Positions 24,750 to 36,027 of a stretch of 64,000 bases of DNA are shown piece after piece; the first letter of the stretch is position 1, and every line of letters begins with the position of its first letter. Origin of the DNA: Eledone cirrhosa (taxonomy: Eukaryota); contig OZ024745.1 in NCBI GenBank assembly GCA_964016885.1, forward strand, positions 80,662,001-80,726,000, written 5' to 3'. A program made the translations under genes and the position numbers. Under the pieces are notes generated by a model. The model had not been told where the DNA came from, did no database searches, and was given only the letters and a program-made list of their open reading frames with translations.

Positions 24750-27700
24750 TTACAGACACATACTCAGAGAAGGCCCATTCATTCGGGCCATACTTGCTTC
24801 TCTCACCCATCTTTCAACAAAATGCTGGGAAGAGAGCACTTCCCTCTCTACCCTGATTTTCCTTTTCAAATGAAATTTGAAAAAGTTAATCAGGGCATCA
24901 CCGAAGAGGTAAGTGCTCGTCTTCAGCCCTTTCAAACGTGTCCACCATACTATCTCTTTCGCCATGGCCACCAGACAGATAAAAACTGCCTGCCCTTCCC
25001 GGCTAAAGGAAGGGGGCGGGGCAATCCTCACGATGGACTCAGCTGATAGCTGGATCCGTCCTACACGTGACAGCAGGTGTTCGACATAAACCCACAAGTC
25101 AGCAATGCTCGGACACTGGACGAGTGCGTGCAGGACGGTTTCGTCGCCCTGCGCGCATCTCGGACATGCCCGGCTGACGGCACCTCCATGCCTGTAGAGT
25201 TTATCCCGAACTGGCAAAGCTCCTCGGTAGCACTGCCAGGCCAGGGATTTCTGGAAGTTGTCCATAGGCCCCGGCCCGAAAGTCCTTCCGAAAAGATTGG
25301 CTAGTTGATTTTCGTCGACGCCGAGAGTTTCTCCAAGTACGTCGTCGCTCTTCCCCTCCACTAATCCCCTATAGAACGCCAAGGTGGAGTTTCCACCGAT
25401 CACATTGCCCGATTGGTCGAGGGCTGTGAGCGCCTGAAAACATTCCAGTCTCCAAGCGCTCCCTCTCGGTCTTCGCTTGACCCAGGACTGCAGCTCCGTC
25501 AAGGAGACGAGCTGGGGAAAAACGTGTCTAGCAAACGGCGACCACACCTGATCACCGTCGAGGAAGAGGTGGAGATGTCGTACCCTGAGAGCGTGTCTGC
25601 GCATCATCAGCCACGGCATGCCCAGCCCTCCACGTAGCAGGTGTTGACAGCAGATGGACCGCCTGACCATCGGAGCGCGTCCCTTCCACAAGAAGCGAAA
25701 GAGCAAACGCTCCAGCGCAGTCAGGCGGGGCTTAGGACAAGGTACGACGGTCAGGCGGTAGTAGATGACGGACGCGATGTACGCGTTAGCCACCTCCGCT
25801 CGACCTTTCAGGGATAGCTTCCTCTCGGCCCATTTCTGGGTGAGAGAAGCCACCCTGCTCGTCACCTCGTCCCAGTTTTTGTCCGTCTGGAGGTCTGGAC
25901 CGAACCAGACCGCTAGCAATTTAACCGGTCCGTCCGTCCAGCGCCCGACGACGCTGTTGGACGGCATGGACCTGCCTCTCCAGGTGCCGAGCTGCAGGCC
26001 CACTGACTTTTCCTGGTTGATCATTGCTCCTGTCACCGCTTCGTATTCTCTTAATGTAGTGCCGATCGCCTCGATGTGTTTGGCGTTCGACACCACTACG
26101 GTGACATCGTCGGCATATGCTGACACGGATCTTCCGCATTCTAGTTCGCGCGGGACCCCCCTCAACGTCTCCAGTTTGTGCAGTAATGGCTCGAGAGTCA
26201 ATACGTACAATAGGGACGAGAGGGGACATCCTTGGCGGACCGAGCGCATGATGTTGAACGGTTCCGAAAGGTGACCGTTCACTCTCACTACAGAGCAGAT
26301 GTCGCTGTGCATGGCAGCGATCCAGCCTCTGAAGACGGGCCCAAAGCCAGCCGCCCTCAGGACTGCCGCTAGGTAACGATGGTCGACCCTATCGAAGGCT
26401 TTCGATTGATCTAAATTGATCAAAGACCCACCCTTGCCAGGTTCCCTAGCTACCCTCTCTACGATGTATCGCATGAGGTGGAGGTTGTCGTGGATGGATC
26501 TGTCGGGAATGGCGCATGTCTGTGCCTCTCCCACCAGACCACCAACGACAAGCGCCAACCTCTTTGCTAGCACCTTGGCCAAAATCTTGAACTCTGTGTT
26601 TAGCAGAGTTATGGGCCTAAAATTATCTATGTTATCCCCCTTGTTCGGATCCTTTCTCAGCAGCGCCACCGCTCCTCGGCTCACAGAGCTGGGAATTCTC
26701 CCGTTCTGTTGCCAGTTGCAGTAGACGTCCGCCAAGAGGCCTCCGAACAAGTTTGGCATTTGTACGTAAAGTTCATAGAGCAGACCATCCAAACCAGGCG
26801 ATTTACCCCTTGTGCAACTAGTCATTGCATCCCGTACTTCAGCGGTTGTTATCGGCTTTTCGCAACACTTCGCCTCAGTGGCCGAAAGCCGCGGCAGTCC
26901 GTCGAGGTAGACACTAAAGTCCATCCCCCGATCCGGCTCGCCACTGCCCCCGAACAGTTGAGCGAAGTGTCGCTGAAAAGCTTCACACATTTGCCCGGGA
27001 TCGAGTAGCATGCGCCCGTCGTGGTCCACCAAAGACCGGATCGTGGCTTTGTTGCCACGACGCGCCTCCGCCACTCGGGCCCATTGAACGGCTTTCGTCC
27101 CCTCGTGTCTGAGAGCACGCACCCTAGCTCTGACAACGCAGCCTTCGTGCTTTGCATTGAAGAATTGGTCAAGGGCCAATTTCGCCGCAAGTACGTCGGT
27201 CGCGATGCCTTTGCTAAGCGCCTCATCTAATTTTCTAACTAGTTCTCCCTCTGCTCTATTTTTCTCTATTACTAAAGTCTTACTAAACCTAATGGACTCT
27301 ATTCTAATTGCTCTTTTCAGAGCAAACCACCACTTGTTGTTGACGATGGCCCCCGTCAACGCCCGCTTAACTAGTTCGCTAATCCGGTCTCTGTAGGCCT
27401 TGCGCGCTGGTAAGGATGCGTTTAGCTTCCAGTAGCCGGGTCCTCGTCTATGAAGCCTATCTAAGTCAAGCACAGAGATCACGAATTTGTGGTCCGTGTA
27501 GCTGACTATCTTGAATTGTGGACAGCCTATGCTAGACCTATCTATTTCCCTACAAAATACTCTATCTAGATATGATCTGGATGACCCTATGCGATTTGTC
27601 CAAGTCCACATTGGTACATTCGGGAAATCCATTCGGTACCTGTCAGACAGTTCAAAACGTCTGAGCAGGTTGGTGAGACTCTTGCACCCTCCTTCTCTAT

Positions 27701-28169
27701 CCACTAATCCCACACAATCCCAGCGTGCATCTAAGATCCCGTTCCAGTCGCCCACTAACACTAAAGAGCGGGACGTTCCAAGAAAGGTCTCCAGACGCCG
27801 GAAGAAATCAGGCCGCCCTGCTCCTGTCGGGGCATAGACGGCCACTAACCTGAAAGCTTGCCCGTCTCCGCTGGTCACGTCCAGCACCACCAACTTACCT
27901 TCTGGGTCCAGGAAGATGGCCCGTATGGCAAGATCCAAACCTCTCCGAAAAAGCACAGCAACTCCTCCCCCCGATCCCGGACGGCTGGGAGATGCGTACA
28001 CATCGTAGCCGCCGAAGATCGGTGCGAAAGCCTGTGCTTCGGAGATTCTGGTCTCGCTGATGGCCACTACATCTATGTTTAGTGACCTGAGGTCGTTGAG
28101 CAGGTGGCCCTGCTTCCATGACGACCCCAAGCCACGCGCATTTATGCTGCCTATTCTGAGTGAGGTCAT
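24750..28169 (-). CDS. Tx1-like ORF2: APE endonuclease, reverse transcriptase, CCHC finger (1139 aa, uninterrupted)
   Basis: SINARGL, SETR, VYAP, GDWN, SYLDR, TDHK; RT DQSKAFDRV, RQGCPLS, YADD; CPRC...ETVLHALVQC. Confidence 0.95.
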   Translation of the reverse strand: MTSLRIGSINARGLGSSWKQGHLLNDLRSLNIDVVAISETRISEAQAFAPIFGGYDVYASPSRPGSGGGVAVLFRRGLDLAIRAIFLDPEGKLVVLDVTSGDGQAFRLVAVYAPTGAGRPDFFRRLETFLGTSRSLVLVGDWNGILDARWDCVGLVDREGGCKSLTNLLRRFELSDRYRMDFPNVPMWTWTNRIGSSRSYLDRVFCREIDRSSIGCPQFKIVSYTDHKFVISVLDLDRLHRRGPGYWKLNASLPARKAYRDRISELVKRALTGAIVNNKWWFALKRAIRIESIRFSKTLVIEKNRAEGELVRKLDEALSKGIATDVLAAKLALDQFFNAKHEGCVVRARVRALRHEGTKAVQWARVAEARRGNKATIRSLVDHDGRMLLDPGQMCEAFQRHFAQLFGGSGEPDRGMDFSVYLDGLPRLSATEAKCCEKPITTAEVRDAMTSCTRGKSPGLDGLLYELYVQMPNLFGGLLADVYCNWQQNGRIPSSVSRGAVALLRKDPNKGDNIDNFRPITLLNTEFKILAKVLAKRLALVVGGLVGEAQTCAIPDRSIHDNLHLMRYIVERVAREPGKGGSLINLDQSKAFDRVDHRYLAAVLRAAGFGPVFRGWIAAMHSDICSVVRVNGHLSEPFNIMRSVRQGCPLSSLLYVLTLEPLLHKLETLRGVPRELECGRSVSAYADDVTVVVSNAKHIEAIGTTLREYEAVTGAMINQEKSVGLQLGTWRGRSMPSNSVVGRWTDGPVKLLAVWFGPDLQTDKNWDEVTSRVASLTQKWAERKLSLKGRAEVANAYIASVIYYRLTVVPCPKPRLTALERLLFRFLWKGRAPMVRRSICCQHLLRGGLGMPWLMMRRHALRVRHLHLFLDGDQVWSPFARHVFPQLVSLTELQSWVKRRPRGSAWRLECFQALTALDQSGNVIGGNSTLAFYRGLVEGKSDDVLGETLGVDENQLANLFGRTFGPGPMDNFQKSLAWQCYRGALPVRDKLYRHGGAVSRACPRCAQGDETVLHALVQCPSIADLWVYVEHLLSRVGRIQLSAESIVRIAPPPSFSREGQAVFICLVAMAKEIVWWTRLKGLKTSTYLFGDALINFFKFHLKRKIRVEREVLSSQHFVERWVREASMARMNGPSLSMCL

Positions 28170-28203
28170 GTTGAAAAGGAGTGGAAAAGATGGGAAAGAC
28201 CAC

Positions 28204-30201
28204 TTACCTTACTTCTCGTAGGGGAAGGACGGTTTTTCCATCTTTTTCACTGCTTGTGGCCTCCTCAGGAAGGATGTCCTTATAAATCCTCCTGGAGAGT
28301 GCTTGTCGGAAGTCTCCGATGTCTTTTGGGAATTTTTGTTTTAGTGTCATGTACGTTTTCTGTGTGATGCGAGTGATTTGTATGTGTGGAGGTGGTGTGA
28401 ATTTTGGGGTTGTTGTGTAGTCTTTTTCTGTGATGCTGGTGTTGTGTTGGATGTAGTGTAATAATTGCTTGTTGTTCAAATTTAATGCTGTGTAGTGTGT
28501 ATCGTTTTGGTTGTTTTGTTTTGTTTGCGTTTGTTGTGGGTTTGTTTCTGTTTCGCATTTTGGTGACTTTTGTGGTGTAGGTGATGGTGGTGTTGGAGTT
28601 AATGATGGTGATGGTGTTGGTGTTTGGGTTGATGGGGTTGGTGATGCTGGTGTGGATGGTGGCATATCTGTCCTAACTTTTTTGTTTCTTAGTTTATTTG
28701 TTTCCCTCTGTATTTTGTCTTTGGAGGGAGAAGGAAGAGAATTTTTTCTTTTTTGGTTTCTTTTTTTTTTCCGGATATCGTTTCCCACTCCTCGTCGTCA
28801 CAATCTGTCTCCAGTTGTGATAGGCCGGGGAGTGGAAAATCCTCCACAGCCGTTAGTTTTGGTTGTGGTGTGGTGGATGGTGTAGGCGCTGGTGCTAGTT
28901 CTGAAGCGTTGGGTGGTAGTGGTGTTGGTTTTGCTGGTGGTGGTAGTGGTGTTGGTTTTGCTACTGTTGCTGGGGTTGTTGCTGTTATAGTTGCTTCTGT
29001 TGTTGCTGCTACCGTTGTTGCTGCCATCTCTGCTACTGGTGGTGTTGATGGTTGTGTCACTGGGGTGGGTAGGAGAGGTGGCCTCAACCTTTTAGCCTGA
29101 GGGCAGAAAGCCCTTAGGTGGGTTCCTTCACCACAAACGACACACCTAGGTCTTCTGCCCTCGACAATTACCGTGAGGTGGCTGCCGTCAGTGAGGTCTA
29201 TTACCTCTGGGATCTCCTCAATGCTTTTTTGGTCCGCTTGGATCAGGAGCTCCATCCCAGATCCGGACCAGTTTTCCTGCTTTTCTTTTGCTACTGCTAT
29301 TATTTTCGTGTTGGCTTCGATGCCGGCGAGGACAGCCGCTATTAGCCAGGGAATTTCGATGGCTGGTGGAACGTGGGTCACCCTGATCTTTACGAGTCTC
29401 TGGCCACAATAGCTTGGGACGAGTGTGAGGTCGTCACTTTTTAATGGGGCCATGGAGTGTTCTCTAGCCTCCTCTGGTGTTTCAAAGAACACATCCACGG
29501 TTCCATACTTTTGCCCACGTCTGATGTGGGTTTTTCTTGCCCACACATGTCCCAAAGCTTTTTGGATTTGGGACTCGGATGCCCGTTCCACTCGGCGTGA
29601 TTTTACATTTATTGTTCTATACGACACGGTGCATAGGCGCCGATGCTCCATTTTATTAGGTGGGGGGGGGGGGGGTGAGGCTGACCCTGTACCCATCTTT
29701 CTTTACCATTTGTTTGGCATTTTCTAAATCTTCTTGAGTTACCGTGAACGCTTCGAATTGTTTTGCTACGATGGCGAAACTGACGGTCGGTTTTATAATG
29801 TCATTGTTGTTGTTGTTGCTATCGTTATTTGTGTTAATCTTAATTTTTGTTTCAGTTGTGGTGGTGGTGACGTCATTCGTCTTTGGTGCGGAAGAGTCCA
29901 TTTTGCTTGATTTCATTTCGACGTCACGAGTTAATTTATTTTTTTCTTCTTTTGTTTCTGTTGTCGCGGTGGTGGTGGGGGTGGGGGTTGTCGCGGTGGT
30001 GGTGGTGGAGGCTTTAACACCTGCAGTCATTGGTAATGGCGGGAAATGAATGTCTGCCTGAGACAAATTTAAAATATTGCTACTGCTTATATTTTTTTTT
30101 GTGTTGGCAAACGTAGTAACATTTACAATGGTGGTGTCGGTGTGAGGTGTTATTTTGTGAGGAAGGCTTTCAGCTGCTTCGTGCAGAGGGGAATTAGCCA
30201 T
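28204..30201 (-). CDS. Tx1-like ORF1 (gag-like zinc knuckle), split by two homopolymer frameshifts
   Basis: CVVCGEGTHLRAFC (CX2CX4HX4C) and Pro/Thr-rich linkers; frame changes fall at G14 (29662-29675) and T10 (28761-28770). Confidence 0.8.
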
Positions 30202-30441
30202 TTTTTTTTCAAAGAAATTTTTTGATAATAATAAAAGTTAAAATTTTGGGCACAAGGCCCCAATCTTTTTGGGTGTCCTTTTCGGAAAACAATGTATGTG
30301 TGCTTATAAACAGTTAACAATAAAATTTTCCATAAATGGCAATTTTTAACAAACGGAAATAACAAACGGAAATAACAAACCTTTGCGGAGCTCACGATGA
30401 TACGATTTACTACGTAGGTCGCCAATAATAATAATAATAAT

Positions 30442-33177
30442 TCCGTGGTGGAAGAAGCGACTGAGTGGGCAAATCGGGGAAATGAGAAATGACATAGGAA
30501 AGCTTGAGTCACTACTGAATGGGACACTAAAAAACATAGGCACTAAAAATAGACTGGAAATAAAATACAAAACTAGGAGTAAAAAGCTAAATATTATCAT
30601 AGAGGAATTGAAGCAACGCATTGTAGCAAAGAGTGCAAAAATCAGGCGATACGAGAACAGAGTCAGTCAGTATAAACAGAACCGCATGTTCGACAACAAC
30701 CAGAAGATGCTGTTTGGACAGCTTGAGGGGAAAGAAAGAGGCAACGACTTGATCCCTGGGGCGGAACAAACTAAAACATTCTGGAGAGGAATATGGGAGC
30801 AGGATGTTAGACATAATGCCCAGGCAGGGTGGATTGAGACAGTACAGAGGGAGATCGGTGAGCAGGCACAACAACAAACTGATTTGAGTATCACAGTTGA
30901 AACTCTTAAGGGGCAGGCCAAAAAACTAACCAACTGGAAATCACCAGGCCCAGATGGTGTGCAGGGGTATTGGATTAAACATTTAACATCCCTCCACCCG
31001 AAGCTGACGGCCATGTTCAATGACTGCTTGGTGTCGGGTGAGGTGCCAGAGTGGTTGACAAAAGGTACCACAGTTCTGATAATGAAAGACCGAATCAAGG
31101 GTAATGATGTTACCAACTATAGACCTATCACATGTCTGTCCGTAATGTGGAAACTGTTGACGAGCATTGTGTCTGAGGAAATCTACCATCACCTCCACAC
31201 AAACAACTTGTTACCGGACGAACAGAAAGGATGCCGAAAGAAGTCACGTGGTACAAAGGACCAGTTACTTATTGATAAGATGGTAATGGGGAATTGCAGG
31301 AGGAGACACACTGATCTTGCCATGGGATGGATAGACTACAGAAAGGCATTTGACATGGTGCCTCATTCTTGGATCACCAAAAGCCTGGAGATCTTCAGGG
31401 TGGCAGATAACATCAGACAGTTGCTGGGCAGGAGTATGGGGTCCTGGGAGACAGAGTTGACATCAACTGGAGTATCCTTGGGAAGCGTGAAGATCAAGAG
31501 AGGTATCTTCCAGGGAGATAGCCTGTCCCCTCTGTTGTTTATCCTTGCCCTAATGCCCTTGACCATTATGCTGCGAAAAGTGAGAGCAGGATACAAGTTG
31601 GGAAGGGGAGAGCTTACCATCAATCACCTTCTCTTCATGGACGATCTTAAGCTCTTCGGGAAAAGTGAGAAGGAGTTGGATGTGCTTGTTGACACTGTCC
31701 GTATTTTCAGCAGTGATATATGTATGCAGTTTGGTATTGGTAAATGTGGAGTCATTGTGATGAGGAGGGGTAGGTTGAGCAGAAGTAGCGGGATCCAGAT
31801 ACCAACAGGTGAGATGATAAAGGAAATTGACTCTGAGGAAGGATACAAGTATTTGGGTGTTCTGGAGGCTGATGGCATAAAGAACAAAAAAATGAAGGAA
31901 TTGTTAAGAACTGAATACATTCGGAGAGTAAGGAGCGTATTGAAGTCACATCTGAACAGCAGAAATGCCATAAGCGCAGTAAATTCCCGAGCTGTGTCTA
32001 TTATTAGGTACAGTGCGGGAATTCTGAGATGGAATGTTGCTGAACAAAAAGAAATGGATAGGAAGACTAGGAAGCTATTGACTATCTACAACATGTTCCA
32101 CAAGAGGAGTGATGTCGATAGACTCTACCTAAGGAGATCTGAGGGTGGAAGAGGTCTTATCAGCATAGAGGACTGTGTTCAGATGGAGAAAAACAACCTA
32201 TACAAATACGTGACCTATAGTAAGGAGCCAATGCTCAAAACTGTACTGAAGGAGGGGACAGTAGGCCAGGGGATGTCCAAGGAGGAAATAACATCAAGGA
32301 GGAAGAGCAGCCTTAAGGGAAAATCCCTTCATAGTACCTTCTTTGAGAAAACTGAATTTAGAGATCCACAGACATGGAACTGGTTGAGAAGAGGAGACCT
32401 CAAAAAGGCTACAGAAGGAATGCTAATGGCTGCGCAGGAGCAGGCCCTCAAAACGAAGTGGTTGAAGCACCATATTTACAAGGAGGAGGCTAGCCCACTG
32501 TGCAGGATCTGTGGAGAGAGAGAGGAGACTGTGGCTCACATTGTGTCCGAGTGTAAACACCTAGCCCAGACCCACTATAAGGGCTGGAGACACGATGTGA
32601 TTGGCAGGGTGATCCACTGGCACCTGTGCAAAGTAAACAATTTACCACATTCTGAGAAATGGTATGAGCATAGGCCGGAGGCGGTGATGGAGAACAATCA
32701 GGTGAAGGTGCTGTGGGATTTTAGGATACAGACGGACAAAAAACTGGAACACAATAGACCTGACCTGGTGGTTGTGGACAAAGAAAAAAGATCGTGTCTG
32801 ATTGTGGATGTGGCCTGCCCGTTCGACACGAGAGTGCAAGAGAAGGAGAGGGAGAAAATTAACCGATACCAGGACCTAAAGTGGGAGGTGAAAAGGATTT
32901 GGAACTGCCATGAAGTCAAAGTGATCCCGATTGTCATAGGCGCACTGGGGACTATCTCCAGAAGTTTCCAGGGATGGTTAAAGAAAATCGGCCCCTTCAC
33001 GCTTTTTGGAACGCTTCAAAAGGCATGCTTGCTTGGAACAGCAAGAACCCTCCGATATGTCCTGAATATCTGAGGCTGCAGGTAGTGGCTTGATATTCAT
33101 TCCAACGGACTTTCCAGTTAACCAACATCAATGACTGAGATTCAAGGAATAACAACAATAATAATAATAATAATAAT
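30442..33177 (+). mobile_element. 5'-truncated R4/Dong-clade LINE with an uninterrupted ORF
   Basis: Frame is open from PWWKKRL at the junction; short 3' UTR; (AAT)n on both sides. Confidence 0.9.
30482..33073 (+). CDS. R4/Dong-type RT, CCHC finger and restriction-like endonuclease (863 aa)
   Basis: WKSPGPDG, IDYRKAFD, GIFQGDSLSP, FMDD, YKYLG, CRICGEREETVAHIVSEC, RPDLVVVD...DV, KINRY. Confidence 0.93.
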   Translation: MRNDIGKLESLLNGTLKNIGTKNRLEIKYKTRSKKLNIIIEELKQRIVAKSAKIRRYENRVSQYKQNRMFDNNQKMLFGQLEGKERGNDLIPGAEQTKTFWRGIWEQDVRHNAQAGWIETVQREIGEQAQQQTDLSITVETLKGQAKKLTNWKSPGPDGVQGYWIKHLTSLHPKLTAMFNDCLVSGEVPEWLTKGTTVLIMKDRIKGNDVTNYRPITCLSVMWKLLTSIVSEEIYHHLHTNNLLPDEQKGCRKKSRGTKDQLLIDKMVMGNCRRRHTDLAMGWIDYRKAFDMVPHSWITKSLEIFRVADNIRQLLGRSMGSWETELTSTGVSLGSVKIKRGIFQGDSLSPLLFILALMPLTIMLRKVRAGYKLGRGELTINHLLFMDDLKLFGKSEKELDVLVDTVRIFSSDICMQFGIGKCGVIVMRRGRLSRSSGIQIPTGEMIKEIDSEEGYKYLGVLEADGIKNKKMKELLRTEYIRRVRSVLKSHLNSRNAISAVNSRAVSIIRYSAGILRWNVAEQKEMDRKTRKLLTIYNMFHKRSDVDRLYLRRSEGGRGLISIEDCVQMEKNNLYKYVTYSKEPMLKTVLKEGTVGQGMSKEEITSRRKSSLKGKSLHSTFFEKTEFRDPQTWNWLRRGDLKKATEGMLMAAQEQALKTKWLKHHIYKEEASPLCRICGEREETVAHIVSECKHLAQTHYKGWRHDVIGRVIHWHLCKVNNLPHSEKWYEHRPEAVMENNQVKVLWDFRIQTDKKLEHNRPDLVVVDKEKRSCLIVDVACPFDTRVQEKEREKINRYQDLKWEVKRIWNCHEVKVIPIVIGALGTISRSFQGWLKKIGPFTLFGTLQKACLLGTARTLRYVLNI

Positions 33178-33353
33178 TGTTTCTACTTTAGGCACAATGC
33201 CAGCAACTACCCAGTGCCTCACTGGTACTTTATTTTATCGACCCCGTAAGGATGAAAGGCAAAGTTAACCTCGGCGGGATTTGAACTCAGATCGTAAAGG
33301 GACGTAACTATGCTGGAAAGCATGGCGTCCGACCCTCTACCAATACTACCAAT
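33174..33353 (-). mobile_element. SINE family B
   Basis: Reverse-complement copy abutting the (AAT)n tail of the R4/Dong element. Confidence 0.85.
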
Positions 33354-33364
33354 AATAATAATAA

Positions 33365-33720
33365 CACCTGATTGGAAAGCAAGTGGCATTACCTACCTTC
33401 TACCAAAGAACAACGAAACCAAAGATCAAAAAAACTATCGGCCCATAACCTGCTTGTCCACCACTTATAAACTATTAACCTCTATTCTCATGGAAAAAGC
33501 ATACGTGTTTTTGGAGGAGAACAATCTTTTCCCCATTGAACAAAAAAGGGTGCCGACGAGGTTCATATGGTTGCAAAGATCAACTTTTGATTAATCATAT
33601 GATCCTTGAGAACTGTCATAATAAACACAGAAATCTCAGTTCTGCATGGGTCGATTATAAAAAAGCCTTTGACAGCAAACCACACTCAAGGATTCTGAAA
33701 TCACTGGACATCTTCAATCC
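33365..33720 (+). mobile_element. RT fragment of another R4-type LINE
   Basis: KNYRPITCLSTTYKLLT, GCRRGSYGCKDQLLIN, WVDYKKAFDS; frameshifted. Confidence 0.8.
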
Positions 33721-33982
33721 AATTTAACAATGAAAAATATAAAATAAACTATGTTTGGTGAATGACCCAGGGGCAACTCAGGTACCCCACCAATCCTAAA
33801 CTAGCCGACACATCTATGGCACCTGGGGAGGGCACTCCTCTCCTCCTCAAATTAATCAGCTTAAGAAGAAGAGGGTGGGTGTTGTTAGTGACAGCAGTGG
33901 AGGAAGAGGAATAGGATAAAGATAAAGAGGAGGAGGAGAAATGACAGGAGAGCAGATGGAGTACAGAAGTTATAATAATTAC

Positions 33983-34077
33983 ATTTCTCAGCCATTACTG
34001 GATGTCGTTCAATCTGTAACATTGGTGCTGGCCCACATTTTTTGAGGATCTTCACCACTTGTTCGTGAGTCATTGTT
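33983..34077 (-). CDS. GRID2IP: Delphilin-like exon: PDZ domain 2, C-terminal helix and strand
   Basis: tctag|A ACA ... T|gtaatt; TMTHEQVVKILKKCGPAPMLQIERHPVMAEK with the PDZ alphaB His motif. Confidence 0.85.
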
Positions 34078-34343
34078 CTAGAAAGATACACATTCATTCC
34101 AGGCTATACATTTAGAATTACCATATAATACTTGCTCTATGGCAGTTCTCTTAGTATTTTTGGTGTATGATTATCATTCACATACTCTTTCTCTTTTGCT
34201 TTCATTTTATATATATATATATATGTGTGTGTGTGTGCATAGAACAATAAAAAACAGGCGTAGGTAGATAGTTCATTGCTTTATAATTGTTTTATGATGA
34301 TGATGATGATCATCATCATCATATATATATATATGATGATGAT

Positions 34344-34393
<50 letters not shown>

Positions 34394-34427
34394 GGATTTA
34401 AATGGATACAGTTTAGTTAAAATGAAT

Positions 34428-34548
34428 TTATTGACACGTGTTTCAATAACAGTTACATAACCTGAAAACAGCTGCTATCTACAAAGTATTAGTTATGCAG
34501 ACATTCAATATTTCAATGTTATTATCAACTGTCATTTCATCAGAATAA
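34428..34548 (-). ncRNA. Type I hammerhead motif with a long stem II loop
   Basis: Minus strand: ttatt-CTGATGA-aatgacagtt...aactgttatt-GAAA-cacgtg-TC-aataa (GUC site). Confidence 0.72.
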
Positions 34549-35060
34549 TTTTATTGAGAACCTGTTTGGTTTTTATAGAGAATATTAGGAGGGAGGGGTG
34601 AAGTTGTTAGAAGAATAGTTAAGGGAGTGGTTTTTTGATAGCAGTGAGAATTTTTGGTAGCAGTGAGTAATTAGATTCCCATCTGTTGTTTTGACATTTT
34701 TATAGAATATTTTATTTGGCGTTGGTTATTTTTCTAAATCTATAGAAGGATTAGAGATAGTATAGATATGCATGGTTGGTTTTGTGTTTGCACTTAATTA
34801 ACATTCAGACTTAAATTTTTCTTTCAAGTGTACGTATCCTTTCGCCCACGCATTCACACACAAACATATATGCACACCTCTACAAAATACATATACTCAC
34901 ATACACATACTTACATGCTCATACTTACATACATATATACATGCACATATATATACATATATATATGTACATACATACGCATTCATGTGTATACATTTTC
35001 ATACTCAACTTATCTTTATATACACACGTATAGACACACACATATATACATACTCCTGTC

Positions 35061-35103
<43 letters not shown>

Positions 35104-35187
35104 ACTTTAATACATGAATACACTTACATCTAACTATACACATCAAACATATATATATATTTACTTATTTATATATATATATATATC

Positions 35188-35218
<31 letters not shown>

Positions 35219-35540
35219 TTTACGTCCGCTTTTCCCTGCTTGCAAGGGTGGGACGGGAACTGATTCTGGCTTAATTTCTACAGCTGGATGCCCTTCCTAA
35301 CACCAAACTCATTTACAGTGAGTGGTGGGTGCTTTTTTTCTGTGGCGCCTACACGTCCATTTTACAGTGGAATGATATGGACCCCAGTCCCTATCATCTC
35401 ATTTCTACAGCTGAGGAAACTGGAGCACTGTGAAATAAAGTGTCTTGCTCAAGGAAACAACACATCACCCGGTCTGAGAATTGAACTCACAACCTTTCGA
35501 TTGCAAGGCCAATGCTCTAACCATTAAGCCATGCGCCTTC
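35188..35540 (-). mobile_element. tRNA-derived SINE family A
   Basis: Near-identical reverse-complement copy of 45414-45767 with (CAT)n tail. Confidence 0.85.
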
Positions 35541-35871
35541 ATATATATATACTGTGTGTGTGTATATATATGTGTGTGTGTGTGTGCAAAAATTAAACAG
35601 AATTAACAAACTAAACAGCACAGTACAATGAAGAAATATATTAGTTTAATGCTTGATATAGTAGAGAAAATGTTTTATCAGAATAGAGAATGAGAGATAA
35701 AAGATGAAATAGAAAGTGAGAAGAGGAAGGAATGGAAAAAAAAATTTCTTTCAGAAAAACATGTCTATTCAGTCAGCCATTTTGGAGAAATATATATATA
35801 CATATGAGAAAGTTAAAGCTTAATCAAAGCAGAAAAAATATTACATTACTCTCATAGCTTTCCTTACTAAC

Positions 35872-36027
35872 CTTGTATCAATGTCATTAATTTCCATAAT
35901 GAAGTCTCCAGGTAAAATACCAGCTATTTCAGCAGCTCCTCCTGGTTCTAACCATTCTATGTGAACTGGCTCACTTCCTTTTAGGACAAATCCTAGAGGA
36001 TCATTTGCACATGTTATTCGTATGTTT
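35872..36027 (-). CDS. GRID2IP: Delphilin-like exon: PDZ domain 2, N-terminal part
   Basis: gacag|A AAC ... AG|gttagt; NIRITCANDPLGFVLKGSEPVHIEWLEPGGAAEIAGILPGDFIMEINDIDT(R), a clear PDZ (LGF loop, GILPGDxI). Confidence 0.85.

Larger units (their letters stand above)
24507..30423 (-). mobile_element. Apparently full-length L1/Tx1-type LINE
   Basis: 5' UTR, ORF1, ORF2, and 3' UTR with AATAAA; bounded by (AAT)n at 24467-24506 and 30424-30441. Confidence 0.92.

Noticed and set aside
25077-29727. Plus-strand ORFs overlapping the Tx1 element
   Set aside because: Antisense shadows of GC-richer LINE ORFs, with no recognisable motifs.
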